From assembly GCA_964252035.1 (NCBI GenBank), contig OZ176214.1: a DNA stretch of 64,000 nt; one strand, written 5' to 3'. Below are positions 62,201 to 64,000 of this stretch, in pieces (the first letter of the stretch is position 1; each line of letters begins with the position of its first letter). The DNA is from Podarcis erhardii. Lineage: Eukaryota. A program made the translations under genes and the position numbers. The notes under the pieces were generated by a model. The model worked only from the letters and a program-made list of their open reading frames with translations, was not told where the DNA came from and searched no databases.

Positions 62201-62957
62201 AGGATATAAGACCAGGCTCTTAGATACCACTTGGGTTTAGAATGTCTGATTCTGTGAGAATTTATAGAGAATTTCTCAAGGCTCTGATCCGAGTGAGGCA
62301 TGTATTGATTATTTTGCTGTTCTGCTGGTCTTCCCTGCAGACTTAAGAGCCCTGCCCACGCAGTGCAGTACAACTTCTCTGTTTTGAGTTGGCTTTTGGT
62401 GACCCAAGCAAGTCCCAAGGTTCATGTTAGCACAATGTTTTCTTCATATAATCCGTTCCAAGATTCTGAGACGATGCGATCTAAAAGAACTCTTGGTGTG
62501 GCCAAGTCAGTGCTTTGCATGGAAGCATTCTCTTTTGGGGGGGGGCAGTGCTGTGTTTACTGTCCGGAGATCAGCCTACACTCCAGTAGGACCCTGGCAG
62601 GAACACATGCCCGACTGGCATTTTCCCTCCCTGCTGGTGGATCGTTCGGGAGCTTCAAAAGCTTTCTTCTGCCCAAACATCACGGCGACCGATGCCAACC
62701 GACACCGGCACACTTGGGGATCCGCAGAGTTTGTGCAACTTGCGTGACAGACCTCAGCAACTCAGCATTTGGGCTAATCTACTTTATTTACATATAAACA
62801 CACACGGAGCACTGCAACATGGCTCCCTCTCTCTCTAGCATCAGACAGCAAAGAGAAAAAGGAAAAAGGACAATAGTCCCACTTCACGGAACACAGGAAC
62901 ACAAACATCCTGTCACCGTCACTTCCCACTCTGTGGAGTCAAAACATACACTGTCAT

Positions 62958-63203
62958 TTACAGATAGGTAGCCGTGTTGGTCTGCCATGGTCAAAACAAA
63001 ATAATAAAAAAAAATCCTTCCAGTAGCACCTTAAAGACCAACTGAGTTAGTTCTAGGTATGAGCTTTCGTGTGCATGCACACTTCTTCAGATACACTGAA
63101 ACAGACTGTTTCAGTGTATCTGAAGAAGTGTGCATGCACACGAAAGCTCATACCTAGAACTAACTCAGTTGGTCTTTAAGGTGCTACTGGAAGGATTTTT
63201 TTT
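62958..63203. mobile_element. Penelope-like element remnant, inverted pseudo-LTR (perfect 98-bp-arm palindrome)
   Basis: Arms 63007-63104 and 63106-63203, no mismatch by eye. A perfect 12-bp TSD ATACACTGTCAT lies at 62946-62957 and 63204-63215. Confidence 0.85.
63116..63153 (+). ncRNA. Minimal type I hammerhead ribozyme motif (mirror copy on the - strand at 63057-63094)
   Basis: GUAU-CUGAAGA-A-GUGUG(CAUG)CACAC-GAAA-GC-UC^AUAC. All conserved core nucleotides are present, with a 4-bp stem I, a 5-6-bp stem II and a palindromic AGCU stem III, as described for Penelope-associated dimeric hammerheads. Activity not shown. Confidence 0.7.
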
Positions 63204-63379
63204 ATACACTGTCATGTGATAGACAACAATCCCATGACTGCAGTCGCGGAGCAGGAATTCTAACTGGCGGGCAATGGCTTATTTTGGACTTGGGCTTCTT
63301 ACCTTTACATTTCTGAAATTTATTTCTTTATATACCACCTTTTCCTTGTTAAGTTGTTCAAAGTGATGTACATGGTTCT

Positions 63380-63530
63380 CTCATCCCCGTTTAATCCTCA
63401 CAAATACCCTGTGAAGTAGGCTTGGCTGAGGGACAGTGACTGGCCCAAGGTCACCCAGGGAGCTTCATGGCTGAATTGGGATTTGAACCCTAGTCCAACA
63501 CGCTGACCCCTCTAATCAGTACACCACACT
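63380..63530. mobile_element. MIR/CORE-like SINE fragments (a second copy at ~63750-63840)
   Basis: aatcctcacaa..accctgtga.gtagg...cccaaggtcaccc...ggatttgaaccc. Confidence 0.6.
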
Positions 63531-63843
63531 GGTCTAATATTTGTCTGCTCATAATTTCAGGACTCACTGTCAGGAAGGGTGAACAGTTCACAGAACATGA
63601 ATATGTGTAAAAAAAATTTAACATGGGCAGGGATAATAAGAAAAGAGAGTTTAATGTGGAAAATAGCATAATGGGCTCTTCATTATTATCAGGACGTGAG
63701 CTCCGTCTGCTGTCGTGATTCTGGGTTATTGATTATTTCCCTTCCTTCATGGAGCTCAAGGTGGTGTTCATATTTCACCTCATCTCCATTTTCTCCTCAC
63801 AACAACCCTGTGAGGTAGGTTAGACTGAGAGTGAATGACTGTA

Positions 63844-64000
63844 CAGTGGTACCTCGGGTTAAGAACTTAATTCGTTCCGGAGGTCCGTTCTTAACCTGAA
63901 ACTGTTCTTAACCTGAGGCACCACTTTAGCTAATGGGGCCTCCTGCCACACCACGCGATTTCTGTTCTCATCCTGAAGCAAAATTCTTAACCCCAGGTAC
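63844..64000. mobile_element. Tc1/mariner MITE running off the window edge
   Basis: TA-cagtggtacctcgggttaagaac... The right TIR (ttcttaaccccaggtac) is cut by the window end. Confidence 0.85.

Larger units (their letters stand above)
62561..63303 (-). mobile_element. Probable solo LTR (~0.49 kb excluding the nested insertion)
   Basis: 5-bp direct repeat TTTAC at 62556-62560 and 63304-63308. The + strand ends are TG...CC (canonical TG...CA with one change), and AATAAA is present on the - strand near 62783-62788. Confidence 0.55.

Noticed and set aside
57751-64000. Search for the next NEK6 exon (YFKKQKRLIPERTVWKYF...)
   Set aside because: I did not find it by eye or in the ORF track. It is presumed to lie beyond the window.

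Overview
This is vertebrate genomic DNA, almost certainly from a squamate and probably a lacertid lizard, judged from its Sauria SINE, Bov-B, L2, CR1 and Penelope repeats. The window holds the 5' part of a single + strand gene, the kinase NEK6. It has a CpG-island promoter with a non-coding first exon (donor at 2945/2946), a ~35 kb first intron, and four phase-0 coding exons (37740-37832, 49409-49549, 50378-50440, 57640-57750) encoding the first 136 aa. The remaining exons lie beyond the window. The introns are dense with decayed L1, L2, CR1, Bov-B and RTE-X-like LINEs, SINEs, hAT and Tc1/mariner MITEs, a solo LTR and microsatellites, many of them nested. Almost all listed ORFs are chance or transposon-derived. 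The most interesting signals are: (1) a perfect 98-bp-arm Penelope-type palindrome carrying a complete minimal hammerhead ribozyme core on each strand, inside a solo LTR, plus a second copy folded back exactly at the ribozyme's stem II; (2) an unexplained ~27-bp-period array with a palindromic CCGTACGG core whose orientation flips midway; (3) a MITE carrying ETS/NRF1/CRE motifs just upstream of the ATG exon; (4) a homeodomain-site-rich candidate enhancer; (5) several pre-miRNA-sized hairpins. Exon, TSD and hairpin coordinates were read by hand. LINE/SINE boundaries are approximate, and repeat family names come from recall, not a database search.
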